A stretch of DNA of 64,000 bases from an uncultured Bacilli bacterium (GCA_934183155.1 CAKPSB010000002.1:64834-128833), one strand, 5' to 3'. Shown: positions 1 through 9,642, numbered from the stretch's first letter. Notes: generated by a model from the sequence alone, not told the origin. A program made the numbers and translations.

Positions 1-13
1 AATTGCTTTTTAT

Positions 14-421
14 ATGATAAATGCAGGCACTGAAACACAAGAATTAAAACTTGGCAAAGTATCACCAGACAGTAAAGAAAAATACTATATTATAAATGTT
101 TCCAATTACAATGAAGCTAAAATAAGCGAAGTAGATATGACATATAATTTATCAATTAAAACAACAACCAATATCCCTGTTTCATATAAATTATATTTAA
201 ACGATAATACAGAAAATATCATTGGAACAAAACAGTTAATCACAGATAAAGATAATATGTATTTTTATAAATATAATAGTATCTCATCAGAGTTTAATAA
301 AAACATAAAAAAAACTGACAAATATAAATTAGCTATTAGTTTCGATGAAAAATATTCAGATGAAACATATCAAAGTTTAATCGATAGTGTAGAAATAACA
401 GTTACGGCAAAACAAAAATAA
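14..421 (+). CDS. hypothetical protein; the frame is open to the window start, so this is probably the C-terminal part of a larger secreted protein
   Basis: ORF in the six-frame track; its frame stays open back to nt 2; β-rich composition with no recognisable catalytic motif. Confidence 0.3.
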   Translation: MINAGTETQELKLGKVSPDSKEKYYIINVSNYNEAKISEVDMTYNLSIKTTTNIPVSYKLYLNDNTENIIGTKQLITDKDNMYFYKYNSISSEFNKNIKKTDKYKLAISFDEKYSDETYQSLIDSVEITVTAKQK

Positions 422-514
422 AAAAATTGTAAAGTATACAAATTTTTAAAAGCTTCACTTGCAAGTTTTGTCGAAACATGATAATATCATAATAGAAGAG
501 TAAGGAGAAAAAAT

Positions 515-1528
515 ATGACAAAAAATAATAAAAAGAAAAAGAAACAAAGACGATTATTATTAGCAATATATGCTCTAATAGGAACAGCTGCCCTATTAGG
601 AACAGCAACTTATGCATGGTTTACTGCTAATAAGACTGTTTCTGTTAACCCAATTGACGTTAACGTAACAGCTAAAAGTGGTTTACAAATATCAGCTGAT
701 GGACAAAATTGGAAATCAATTTTAACAAATACTGATATAACAGGAGCAAGCGGAAATTATAAAGCAGCTGTAAACCAAATTCCAAACACATTGGAACCAG
801 TTTCATCAGTTGGAACAATTGATACAACTGGTAAAATGGAAATGTTCTTAGGAACAGTAACTGCAAATGATGAAGGTAACTGGATTCTAAGTTCTACAAA
901 ATCTACTGAAACAAACGCTTCAGGAGATGCCTCAACAGGTGCATTTGTAGCATATGACCTATTCCTTAAATCTGAAACAGCTACTAAAATTTATTTAGGT
1001 GCTGATTCTAAAATCGTATTTGCTGATGCAAAAGATACTGGTATCAAAAATGCTACAAGAGTTGGCTTCGTAACATTAGGACATACTACAAGTGATGATA
1101 CTATTGCTAACATTCAAGGATTAAATACCGGAACATCTTCAACAGTTAAAATTTGGGAACCAAATTATGATGTACATACTTCATTCGGTGTTGCTAATGC
1201 CCGTGACACATATGCTATTAATACATTAACTGCCGCTGCAGGTAACGCAGCAGTAGCTTATGATGGAATTAAAGCTACCTTTGATAAAGCCGCTGGAATT
1301 ACTTTAGGTAATGCTAAACAAGCATCATTTGCTGACTACTTCAAAACTGTAACTCCAGATATTAAAACACCAGAAACTAATACTGATAGTAATGAACTTG
1401 TTGATTTAGAAGCCGGAGTTACAAAAATCAGAGTTTATATGTGGATTGAAGGACAAGATGTCGACTGTGAAAACAATGCATCAGGTGGAAAAATTTCATT
1501 CAGTTTAAAAATGAGCACAGAAGCTTAA
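515..1528 (+). CDS. TasA/camelysin-like secreted protein with a SipW-cognate-type signal peptide
   Basis: N-terminus is K-rich, then a hydrophobic stretch, then 'GTATYAWFTAN', which resembles the TasA 'GTWAAFND' SipW-cognate motif; RBS AAGGAGA upstream; terminator downstream. Confidence 0.5.
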   Translation: MTKNNKKKKKQRRLLLAIYALIGTAALLGTATYAWFTANKTVSVNPIDVNVTAKSGLQISADGQNWKSILTNTDITGASGNYKAAVNQIPNTLEPVSSVGTIDTTGKMEMFLGTVTANDEGNWILSSTKSTETNASGDASTGAFVAYDLFLKSETATKIYLGADSKIVFADAKDTGIKNATRVGFVTLGHTTSDDTIANIQGLNTGTSSTVKIWEPNYDVHTSFGVANARDTYAINTLTAAAGNAAVAYDGIKATFDKAAGITLGNAKQASFADYFKTVTPDIKTPETNTDSNELVDLEAGVTKIRVYMWIEGQDVDCENNASGGKISFSLKMSTEA

Positions 1529-1572
1529 AAATAGTATAATTATTGATATATATTTAATAAATACAAATATTA

Positions 1573-1600
1573 GAGTGATTTTTATCACTCTTTTATAATG
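1573..1600 (+). terminator. rho-independent terminator
   Basis: AGAGTGAT-tttt-ATCACTCT hairpin followed by a T-tract. Confidence 0.6.
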
Positions 1601-1764
1601 CCTTTTATTAAATTATCAATTTAATAAAATAAACACTTGTGCGGTTTAGAATAATCAAGTAAAATGTATATCTTTTTTGAAAAAACGAACGCTTATTAAA
1701 AACAATTGGTTGATAAAAAGATAACAAATTTAGGCAACAATCATACAATATTTTAGGTGATAAA

Positions 1765-2148
1765 ATGAACAATTTAAAAGTCGTAATCGACGCAGGACAT
1801 GGAGGCACAGATAGTGGTGCGGTAAGTGGAAATGTAAAAGAAAAAGATTTAACGTTAATGATTTCAAAATATATGCTTGAACAATTTAAAAATAAAGGAA
1901 TAGATTCTACCTTAATTAGAAATACAGATGAAAGTATTTCACCAGCTGAAAGAACAAAAAGAATATTAGATGCCTATGGTGATAAGTCCAATGTTATAAT
2001 AATTTCTAATCACATTAACGCATCTGGTGCGAATGGTAAGAATGTAGGCAAAGCAAGTAGTGTCTTGTTTGCTTTAAAACAAAAGAATTTTGGCTCAATG
2101 TTGAAATTCTTTTTTTGTATATCGTTAAAAAGTTTGTTTCGTAGTTAA
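1765..2148 (+). pseudogene. 5′ fragment of an N-acetylmuramoyl-L-alanine amidase gene (Amidase_3) interrupted by the integrative element; host-derived sequence ends near 2030, after which the reading frame runs into element DNA
   Basis: 'VVIDAGHGGTDSGA' and 'HINA' Amidase_3 motifs are present; the catalytic Glu region (GAEVY) is missing here and appears at 11731-11740 in the same frame after the GGTGC core. Confidence 0.65.
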
Positions 2149-2212
2149 TATATGAAGAATAATCGTAATAATTTGACATTTTTATAAAAAAATTACTCTG
2201 TATCGTAATAAA

Positions 2213-2241
2213 TTGACAAAAATTAAATATAGTATTATAAT
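2213..2241 (+). promoter_or_regulatory. consensus sigma-A-type promoter (TTGACA-17-TATAAT) driving the cargo genes
   Basis: TTGACA at 2213-2218, 17-nt spacer, TATAAT at 2236-2241; preceded by two direct copies of ATCGTAATAAWTTGACA at 2162-2178 and 2202-2218. Confidence 0.5.
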
Positions 2242-2267
2242 GTATATATAAGAAAGGAAGATGGATT

Positions 2268-3464
2268 ATGGTTATTCGTGAAAGATATTTAAAATTAATA
2301 AGACCATTTTATGATCAAGAGTTAATTAAAGTGTTAATTGGTATTAGACGTTCTGGAAAATCAGTTATTTTAAAACAAATAATAGATGAGCTAAAAGAAA
2401 ATAATGTTGATGATAATCATATTATCTATATTAACTTTGAAGATTACGATTATGAGGAATATACTGATCCTAAAAAGTTAAACAATTATGTTAAAGAAAG
2501 AATAATTGATGATAAAAAATATTATATATTCTTTGATGAAATTCAAAATGTTGATAAATGGGAAAAAGTTGTTAATTCATTAAGAGCAACAAAGAACACA
2601 TCTATTTTTATAACTGGTTCTAATAGTGATTTATTATCTAGTGATTTAGCAACCCATATTGCAGGAAGATATGTTAGTTTTAAAATAACTCCATTTACAT
2701 TTGATGAAGTTTGTAAATTATTAAATATTACAGATAATAGAGATATTGAAGATGCATTTAATGATTATATTAAATGGGGTGGAATGCCACAAAGATTTAT
2801 GCAAAAAGATGACATTTCAAGAAAAACTTATTTAAATGATATTTATGATTCAATAATAATAAAAGATATCGTAAAAAGATTTAATATTAAAGATATTGAT
2901 TTGTTAAATAGAATAGTTACTTATATTTTAACTACTCCATCTCAAGTATTTTCACCTGATAGTTTAAAAAAATATATGCAAAGTGATTCTAGAAATGTAT
3001 CATTAGAAACATTATATAATTATCTTGATTATATAACTCGTGCAAACCTTATTTCAAAAGCAGAAAGATATGATGTTAGAGGTAAAAGAATTCTTACAGG
3101 TAAATATAAATATTATTTAACTGATTTAGGTTTTACTAATATTTTAAGTGAAGGTAAGAAAGAGCAAATAGGTGCTTATTTAGAAAATATTGTTTATAAT
3201 GAACTAATTGCTAGAGGATATAGTGTTAATATTGGTACATTAGAAAATGGTGAAATAGATTTTATAGCAACAAGGTTCAATGAAAAAATATACATTCAAG
3301 TTACTTATATTTTAAGTGATGAAACAGTAATTGAAAGAGAATTTAATGCTTATAAAAAGATTGAAGATAACTATCCAAAATATGTTCTTTCAATGGATAA
3401 ATTTGATTTATCACAAAATGGAATAATTCATAAAAATATAATTGATTGGTTGTTAAAAAAATAA
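2268..3464 (+). CDS. AAA-family ATPase of the DUF4143 (COG1373) type
   Basis: Walker A 'GIRRSGKS', Walker B 'IFFDEIQ'; characteristic C-terminal DUF4143-like region; RBS GAAAGGAAG. Confidence 0.7.
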   Translation: MVIRERYLKLIRPFYDQELIKVLIGIRRSGKSVILKQIIDELKENNVDDNHIIYINFEDYDYEEYTDPKKLNNYVKERIIDDKKYYIFFDEIQNVDKWEKVVNSLRATKNTSIFITGSNSDLLSSDLATHIAGRYVSFKITPFTFDEVCKLLNITDNRDIEDAFNDYIKWGGMPQRFMQKDDISRKTYLNDIYDSIIIKDIVKRFNIKDIDLLNRIVTYILTTPSQVFSPDSLKKYMQSDSRNVSLETLYNYLDYITRANLISKAERYDVRGKRILTGKYKYYLTDLGFTNILSEGKKEQIGAYLENIVYNELIARGYSVNIGTLENGEIDFIATRFNEKIYIQVTYILSDETVIEREFNAYKKIEDNYPKYVLSMDKFDLSQNGIIHKNIIDWLLKK

Positions 3465-3586
3465 TACAAAAACATGGAATTTCAAATAATTAATTTGATT
3501 AAAGATATATTTTAATTATTAATTAAAATGACATCATGTAATTAAAATGACATCATGTATTTATTTCTATAAGGAGTTGGTTAGAA

Positions 3587-5695
3587 ATGGCAAATAAAAA
3601 TACAAATTTACAAAATGCTAAAAATAAAAAAGATGATGAATTTTATACAACATATGAGGATATCGAAAAAGAAATAATAAATTATAAGATACATTTTAAA
3701 AACAAAACAGTATTTTGTAATTGTGATGATCCATTTGAATCTAACTTTTGCAAGTATTTTTTGAAAAACTTTAATGTATTGGAAATAAAAAGATTAATAT
3801 GTACATCATACTATTCTTCTAAAATTATATCAAAAGAATTAAATTTCTTAAAAAAAGGTGAAAAAAAGTCTAGAACTAAAGGATACGTATTAGATATACA
3901 AAAATTTGTAGATACAAAAGAAGTAATATCAGATGATGTAATTTGTAATTTATTAAAAGAATCAGGCAATATAAAAGAATTAAAAGGTACAGGAGACTTT
4001 CAAAGTGATGAATGTTTAAACTACTTGAAAGAATCAGATATAGTCGTAACTAATCCACCATTTTCTTTATTTAGAGAATTTGTCTCTATTATCATGAAAT
4101 ATAAAAAGAAGTTCTTAATTGTTGGTAATCAAAATGCACTAACATATAAAGAAATATTTCCGTTGATAAAGAATGATGAATTATGGACTGGGTATCAGTT
4201 TGGAGAGATGAAATTTAGAGTGCCCAAAACTTCTAAACCTAGAACTACAAGATACTGGGTTGATGATACAGGACAAAAATGGAGAAGTTTAGGAAATGCA
4301 ATGTGGTTAACAAACATAGATAATGAACGAAGGCATAGAGAAATTAATTTAACAAAAAAATACAATTCAAAAGATTACCCAAAATATGATAATTTTGATG
4401 CAATAAATGTAAAAACAATAAATGACATACCATATGATTACTTTGGTATTATGGGAGTACCAATAACTATTATAAATAGGTATAATAGTGAGCAATTTGA
4501 AATTGTTGGAGAAGCTAATCATGGTTCTGATAATGAATATGATTTATTTAAACCAGTTTTAAATGGAAAGGAATTATATAAAAAAATATTGATTAGAAGA
4601 AGGTGTAAAGAAGTGAAAGAAAAAGAATTTGTTATTTTAGACTTATTTAGTGGTGCAGGTGGTTTTTCTTATGGTATGGAAAAAAACAAACATTTTAAGA
4701 CTGCTATTGCGTTAGATATAAATGAATCTGCACTAAAAACATTTAAACACAATATGCCAAATACAACAACAGTTTTAGGTGATATTACTAATGAAGAAAT
4801 AAAACAAAAAATTATTAAATTAAGCAAAGAGAAAAAGGTTAATATGATTATAGGTGGACCACCATGTCAAGGTTTTTCACTAAAAGGGAAAAAATTAGGA
4901 TTAAGTGATCCAAGAAATTTTTTATTTAACGAATATTTGAATATAGTTGAATCAATTAGACCAGAAGTGTTTGTGATAGAAAATGTAAAAGCATTATTGT
5001 CTACATCATCAGGATGGTTTAAGGAACAAATAATAAATAGAGTAAAAAGTATGGGTTATTATGTTGATTGTGGAATTTTGACAGCATCGGATTTTGGCGT
5101 ACCACAATCTAGACAAAGAGCTATATTTATTTGTTCAAAAAACAAAAAAATTGAATTGCCAACTATACAAAAAAGAAAAAAGGTGACAATTAGAGATGCG
5201 ATATTTGATTTGGCATATTTAAATTCTGGCGATGGAGAATTTGAACAAGAATATATAACATCGCCTATAAGTTCATATCAAAAACTTATGAGAAAAGGAA
5301 GTGTTAAATTATATAATCATAAAGCCTCTAATCATTCTGAGGTTGCAATAAAAAAACTTCAAATGATCCCACCAGAATGTGGTAAAGAACATTTGCCAAA
5401 GGAAATGCTTGGAAAACAAAAATTTAGTGGGACATGGGGGAGATTAAAATGGGACGATGTTTCTCCAACAATTGATACAAGATTTGATGCTTCATCGAAT
5501 GGGACAAATAATCATCCGTTTTTAAACAGGGCAATTACACCAAGAGAAGCGGCTAGAATTCAATCTTTTGACGATAAATTCGTTTTTTTAGGTACAAAAG
5601 TTTGTGTAAGAGAACAAATCGGTAATGCTGTGCCACCTTTATTGGCAAAAGCAATTGCTGATAAAATATATAATGAGATAGGAGTGGAATTATGA
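3587..5695 (+). CDS. bifunctional DNA methyltransferase: N-terminal M.EcoRI-family N6-adenine MTase domain fused to a C-terminal C5-cytosine (Dcm-type) MTase domain
   Basis: N-terminal half carries 'DDEFYTTYEDIE', 'CNCDDPFESNFCKYF' and 'DIVVTNPPFSLFREF', the M.EcoRI-family hallmarks. C-terminal half carries C5-MTase motifs I 'LFSGAGGFS', IV 'GGPPCQGFS', VI 'ENV', VIII 'QSRQRAIF' and X 'GNAVPP'. Confidence 0.8.
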   Translation: MANKNTNLQNAKNKKDDEFYTTYEDIEKEIINYKIHFKNKTVFCNCDDPFESNFCKYFLKNFNVLEIKRLICTSYYSSKIISKELNFLKKGEKKSRTKGYVLDIQKFVDTKEVISDDVICNLLKESGNIKELKGTGDFQSDECLNYLKESDIVVTNPPFSLFREFVSIIMKYKKKFLIVGNQNALTYKEIFPLIKNDELWTGYQFGEMKFRVPKTSKPRTTRYWVDDTGQKWRSLGNAMWLTNIDNERRHREINLTKKYNSKDYPKYDNFDAINVKTINDIPYDYFGIMGVPITIINRYNSEQFEIVGEANHGSDNEYDLFKPVLNGKELYKKILIRRRCKEVKEKEFVILDLFSGAGGFSYGMEKNKHFKTAIALDINESALKTFKHNMPNTTTVLGDITNEEIKQKIIKLSKEKKVNMIIGGPPCQGFSLKGKKLGLSDPRNFLFNEYLNIVESIRPEVFVIENVKALLSTSSGWFKEQIINRVKSMGYYVDCGILTASDFGVPQSRQRAIFICSKNKKIELPTIQKRKKVTIRDAIFDLAYLNSGDGEFEQEYITSPISSYQKLMRKGSVKLYNHKASNHSEVAIKKLQMIPPECGKEHLPKEMLGKQKFSGTWGRLKWDDVSPTIDTRFDASSNGTNNHPFLNRAITPREAARIQSFDDKFVFLGTKVCVREQIGNAVPPLLAKAIADKIYNEIGVEL

Positions 5696-6567
5696 ATATA
5701 GAAATGGCATATTTAATTGGAATGATATTAGGCAATGGAGAAATTCAAAAGGGTAATCACGAAACAATTGTAACTATTGATATACCACATAAAAATTTAT
5801 ATACTGACGATTTTAAGGATGTAAAAATATATGTAAAAGCTAGTATTACTGATATACGAGATATTGTTGAACCACTTATTGGAAGCAACTTAAAACTTAC
5901 ACAGGAAGATAGATCAACTATAATTTCTTTTGTTAAACCGAATGAAGAATATGTAATGAGGCAAATACTGAAATTTGTTGGAAATGGTCGTAAACATTCA
6001 ACTATGGAAATGAATCCCGATTTATTTAGTATGACAAGTGATGAAAAAAAATCATTGCTTAGAGGTATTGCGGATGTTACAGGATATATTAGAAAAAGTA
6101 ACATTGCTTTTGGACAAGAGGGAGCTCATAGAGTGTACATTGAAATTCCGTGTAATTGGAAAATGGTTATTGATATTGCAAACATGTTAAAAGACGTTGA
6201 TATTCCAATTCAAACAATAGATTTTGGACATCCTAATTTTAGAGATAGTAATTTAATAAAGTATAATGAAGGTATGCCTAATTATTGGAAAAAAGAGCAT
6301 CAAATTAAAATATATGCAAATGAATTTTTACCAATTGGGTTTAATATAAAACATAAACAAGAGGCTTTAGAAAAATATAGTGATGAACTTTTAAAACATC
6401 TTAATCCAGAAAAGACTCATAAATATTATTGGGAAAAAAACATAAAGAAAGGTAAAGAAAAGTTAAAACATCCAGGTGAAAATGACCCATCCTTACCTAA
6501 GGAAATACGGGGAAAACATTTTAATTCATGGACAGAGTTAGCAAGGGTATTGGGTTATGATAAATAA
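5692..6567 (+). CDS. hypothetical protein translationally coupled to the methyltransferase (ATGA overlap); candidate restriction/effector component
   Basis: Start overlaps the MTase stop. Two weak LAGLIDADG-like segments ('LIGMILGNGE', 'LRGIADVTG'). No secure family assignment from sequence alone. Confidence 0.35.
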   Translation: MNIEMAYLIGMILGNGEIQKGNHETIVTIDIPHKNLYTDDFKDVKIYVKASITDIRDIVEPLIGSNLKLTQEDRSTIISFVKPNEEYVMRQILKFVGNGRKHSTMEMNPDLFSMTSDEKKSLLRGIADVTGYIRKSNIAFGQEGAHRVYIEIPCNWKMVIDIANMLKDVDIPIQTIDFGHPNFRDSNLIKYNEGMPNYWKKEHQIKIYANEFLPIGFNIKHKQEALEKYSDELLKHLNPEKTHKYYWEKNIKKGKEKLKHPGENDPSLPKEIRGKHFNSWTELARVLGYDK

Positions 6568-7054
6568 TGTTTCTAAAGAAATTGAATTGTATGAGCCAAT
6601 GAGAAAATGGTTGCAAAAATATTTAGAGGAAAAGTATAAAAATGCTGAAGTAATAACTATTGATTCACATGCTAGAACTTTAGATTCATATTTGAATCAA
6701 TTTGGCTTGCTTGATCAATATCCTCTAACTGTTGGGCTAGACATTCAGGTAGATGTTTTAGGTATAGTAAAGTACAAGAATAGTACTAATCTTATTTTCA
6801 TTGAGGCAAAAAAGACGCAACTTAATCTTCATGATTTGGGACAATTATGGGCTTATTGTAAGTTGTGTGATCCTCTTGAGGCCTTTCTACTATCATCATA
6901 TGGATTGGGAAGTTTAAACAAATTATTCAATAATTTATTGAGAGATGATTTATTAGATTTTGGTGATGGTAAAAAGATTAAAAAAATGCAAGTTGGGAAG
7001 TGGAATATTATAACTAACAATATAGATTATAATTCGTTAATTCCTAAAATTTAG
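6557..7054 (+). CDS. small PD-(D/E)xK nuclease-fold protein (putative)
   Basis: 'GLDIQVDVLG…IFIEAKK' fits the D…(D/E)xK restriction-endonuclease-like pattern; overlaps the upstream gene by 11 nt. Confidence 0.4.
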   Translation: MINNVSKEIELYEPMRKWLQKYLEEKYKNAEVITIDSHARTLDSYLNQFGLLDQYPLTVGLDIQVDVLGIVKYKNSTNLIFIEAKKTQLNLHDLGQLWAYCKLCDPLEAFLLSSYGLGSLNKLFNNLLRDDLLDFGDGKKIKKMQVGKWNIITNNIDYNSLIPKI

Positions 7055-7092
7055 TAGTTATACTATTACATGGATGAGGTAGGAGATGAAAT

Positions 7093-9234
7093 ATGGAATT
7101 ATTTTTAAAAAAAGTTGAAAACGCATTTGGAATTAAAAGTTTACATTTAAATTTGGAAAATGATAAGAAAATGTATCAAGAATTAATATATTCTAAAAAT
7201 GGTTCTTTTAAAACTTCTTTTTCAAATACTTTATATAATTTAAGTAATGGTACGTTAGAAAATGTATTTGATAGATTAACAGATGAAAAAGCTATTTTAG
7301 ATATATCTATTTTAGAAAATGGTAAAGAAATAAAAAATTTTGACAATCGATTTGTTGTTTTTTCTAGAGAAATATATGAACAGCATTCTAAATTATTGTC
7401 TGATTATAGTTCTGAATTAGAGACACTTACTATCGATAAAAAAAATAGTGAATATATAAATGAATTATTAACTGAGGAAACTATAGAAATCAAATTACAG
7501 ATTGATAATTATTTAAAAGGTACTGGTTTAAACTTTGAAATATTACTTGATATGTTTTCTAATTTAGAAGATGGATACTTAGATAGAATAATTCAATTAC
7601 TGAATACAATTATTAATCATGAAGCTCAAGACATTAGTGAAATAAATATAAAAAAAATATATCAGAAAGCATATGATATTGTTGATCAGAGCGAATTTCA
7701 AAGCAAAATATCAAATTACATTCAGGTATTAGAAAATAAAATTAATGCTCAACTTTTTGACAAAAATTTTAACGAAAATAATTGCTTACAGTTTATAAAT
7801 AATGTTGATAAAGCAAAATATTTATCAGAAACAAAATCTAGGGGCTTATTTTTAAAAGATAAAGTATACTATGATATTGACGAAGTAAAAAAAATATTTG
7901 AAGAAGAAATTAAAAAAATATCAAAAGACCCTGAAATAATTGAACAAAGTAAAGAAATTACTAAATTAATGGGAACTGCTAAAGAATCTGAGTTTTTAAA
8001 AGAATCAATTCAAAAAAACCCTTTGCTTGTTAAACAGTTATCTGCTGGTAGAAAAAATATTCTTTTATCATATTTAAAATCTTCAAGTATAGATTACAAT
8101 TATTGGTTAGAAGTTGTAAAAAAAGCAAAAAAAGAATTAAATAATGTTTTAAAAATTGCGCAGGATAAACAAACGAATTTTGAACGTGCAATTGAAATAT
8201 ACAAAAATAGATTTCATCCAATTTTTGACATCAAAATAGTTAATAAGGCAGAGTCCATGTTAGGCATAAAAACTCCTACTATTACTTTTTATCATAATAG
8301 ATATTGTGAGATTCCTGTCTCAGAAACAAAATTAAGCCAAATTTTATCTTCTGGAGAAAAAACAACGCTTAATATATTAAAATTTATAGTTGAATATGAA
8401 AATTGCAAAAAATATCACCCATTTATAATTTTAGATGATATCGTAGAAACTTTTGATTATTCCAATCGCTATGCTTTTATGGAATACATAAATGATTTAG
8501 TAAATTTGGATGTTCCAACAATTGTTATGACGCATAATTTTGAATTTTATAGAACAGTTAGTAAAAGAATACCAAAATTAAGAAAAAGTGTTGCATCTGC
8601 CAACTCTAACGGCGTTGTAGATATTCAAACTAATAATCGAATTAACAAAAACATGGAAAATGTTTTAAAGTGCTCAAATATTTATGATTTCTTTTGTGCC
8701 ATTCCATATTTAAGAGAAATTAAAACAATTTTATTGGAAGACACCAAAACATTAGATTCGTGCCTTCATTACAAAGAAAACACTTCTAAATTACAAATTA
8801 AAGATATATTATTACAATTTCCAAGTAATGCTATAAAAAGTCTTAAAATAGATGAAAATGATATTTACATGGAAAAGTTGTTTGAAATAGCAGACAATTT
8901 ATCTGGATTTGATGATTTTGATATTGTAAAAAAAACAATTTTATCACTTTCTTGCAGACTTTTAATAGAAAGAAAAATAATTGCAAACAATTTTAATTTA
9001 TTAACTAATATTAATACGAATCAAACTGCACAGCTTCTTGATTTATACGGTGAAAAGTTATTTCCAAATGTAAAAAAATATCTTGAAGCAGTACAGTTAT
9101 CAACACCTGAGTTTATTCATGCTAATGCATTTATGTATGAACCATTAATTGACATAAATGGAAAATACTTGTTTGAATTATATAATCAAATTAAAAAAAT
9201 ACCTGATGAAAAAATATGGAAAAATAAAAATTAA
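7093..9234 (+). CDS. SMC/RecF/ABC-fold ATPase with a long coiled-coil-like insertion, a degenerate Walker A and an uncharacterised ~230-aa C-terminal domain (defence-associated)
   Basis: N-terminal 'SKNGSFKTS' (degenerate GxxxxGKT); signature-like 'LSSGEKTTLNIL'; Walker B/D-loop 'FIILDDIVETFD'; H-loop 'IVMTHNF'. Confidence 0.5.
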   Translation: MELFLKKVENAFGIKSLHLNLENDKKMYQELIYSKNGSFKTSFSNTLYNLSNGTLENVFDRLTDEKAILDISILENGKEIKNFDNRFVVFSREIYEQHSKLLSDYSSELETLTIDKKNSEYINELLTEETIEIKLQIDNYLKGTGLNFEILLDMFSNLEDGYLDRIIQLLNTIINHEAQDISEINIKKIYQKAYDIVDQSEFQSKISNYIQVLENKINAQLFDKNFNENNCLQFINNVDKAKYLSETKSRGLFLKDKVYYDIDEVKKIFEEEIKKISKDPEIIEQSKEITKLMGTAKESEFLKESIQKNPLLVKQLSAGRKNILLSYLKSSSIDYNYWLEVVKKAKKELNNVLKIAQDKQTNFERAIEIYKNRFHPIFDIKIVNKAESMLGIKTPTITFYHNRYCEIPVSETKLSQILSSGEKTTLNILKFIVEYENCKKYHPFIILDDIVETFDYSNRYAFMEYINDLVNLDVPTIVMTHNFEFYRTVSKRIPKLRKSVASANSNGVVDIQTNNRINKNMENVLKCSNIYDFFCAIPYLREIKTILLEDTKTLDSCLHYKENTSKLQIKDILLQFPSNAIKSLKIDENDIYMEKLFEIADNLSGFDDFDIVKKTILSLSCRLLIERKIIANNFNLLTNINTNQTAQLLDLYGEKLFPNVKKYLEAVQLSTPEFIHANAFMYEPLIDINGKYLFELYNQIKKIPDEKIWKNKN

Positions 9235-9642
9235 TGGTTAAAAAACAATGTTTTTTTACATAATTTTGTCATTTTCGTTTACTTAATAACGTTCTCTTTT
9301 TTGACATTGACTTCTAATTTATTTACGATATAATTATTATAATATAGCAATAGTTCTAGGATATGAACTATTAGATGCTAAAATACTATATTCAGTTTAT
9401 GAGTATAGTATTTTTTTGTAAGGAGGAATTGTTATCTAAAATTATATAAACAAAAAGTATGTACCAAGAAATTATAAAAAAATAAATAATTAAGGTACCT
9501 AAAAAAGTTGGTTTATGTGTGAAAAGAGGTTCATAATTAGCAATTTTGTTAATCCAAAAGTATGTCATTTGTATAACCGTTTGTGTGTCTAACTGCTATT
9601 TTTGATACAAAATTTGCTATTTTTAGTTAACCCAATAGTATG

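Noticed and set aside
1765-2148. Reading 1765-2148 as a complete small amidase gene.
   Set aside because: It lacks the catalytic Glu/second half of Amidase_3. Its last ~35 codons are element-derived, and the missing half is found in frame at 11731-12661.
6557-7054. Possibility that the 165-aa protein is a Vsr-type T:G mismatch endonuclease partnering the Dcm domain.
   Set aside because: It lacks the Vsr 'FVDGCFWH' and His-cluster motifs; only a generic PD-(D/E)xK pattern is present.
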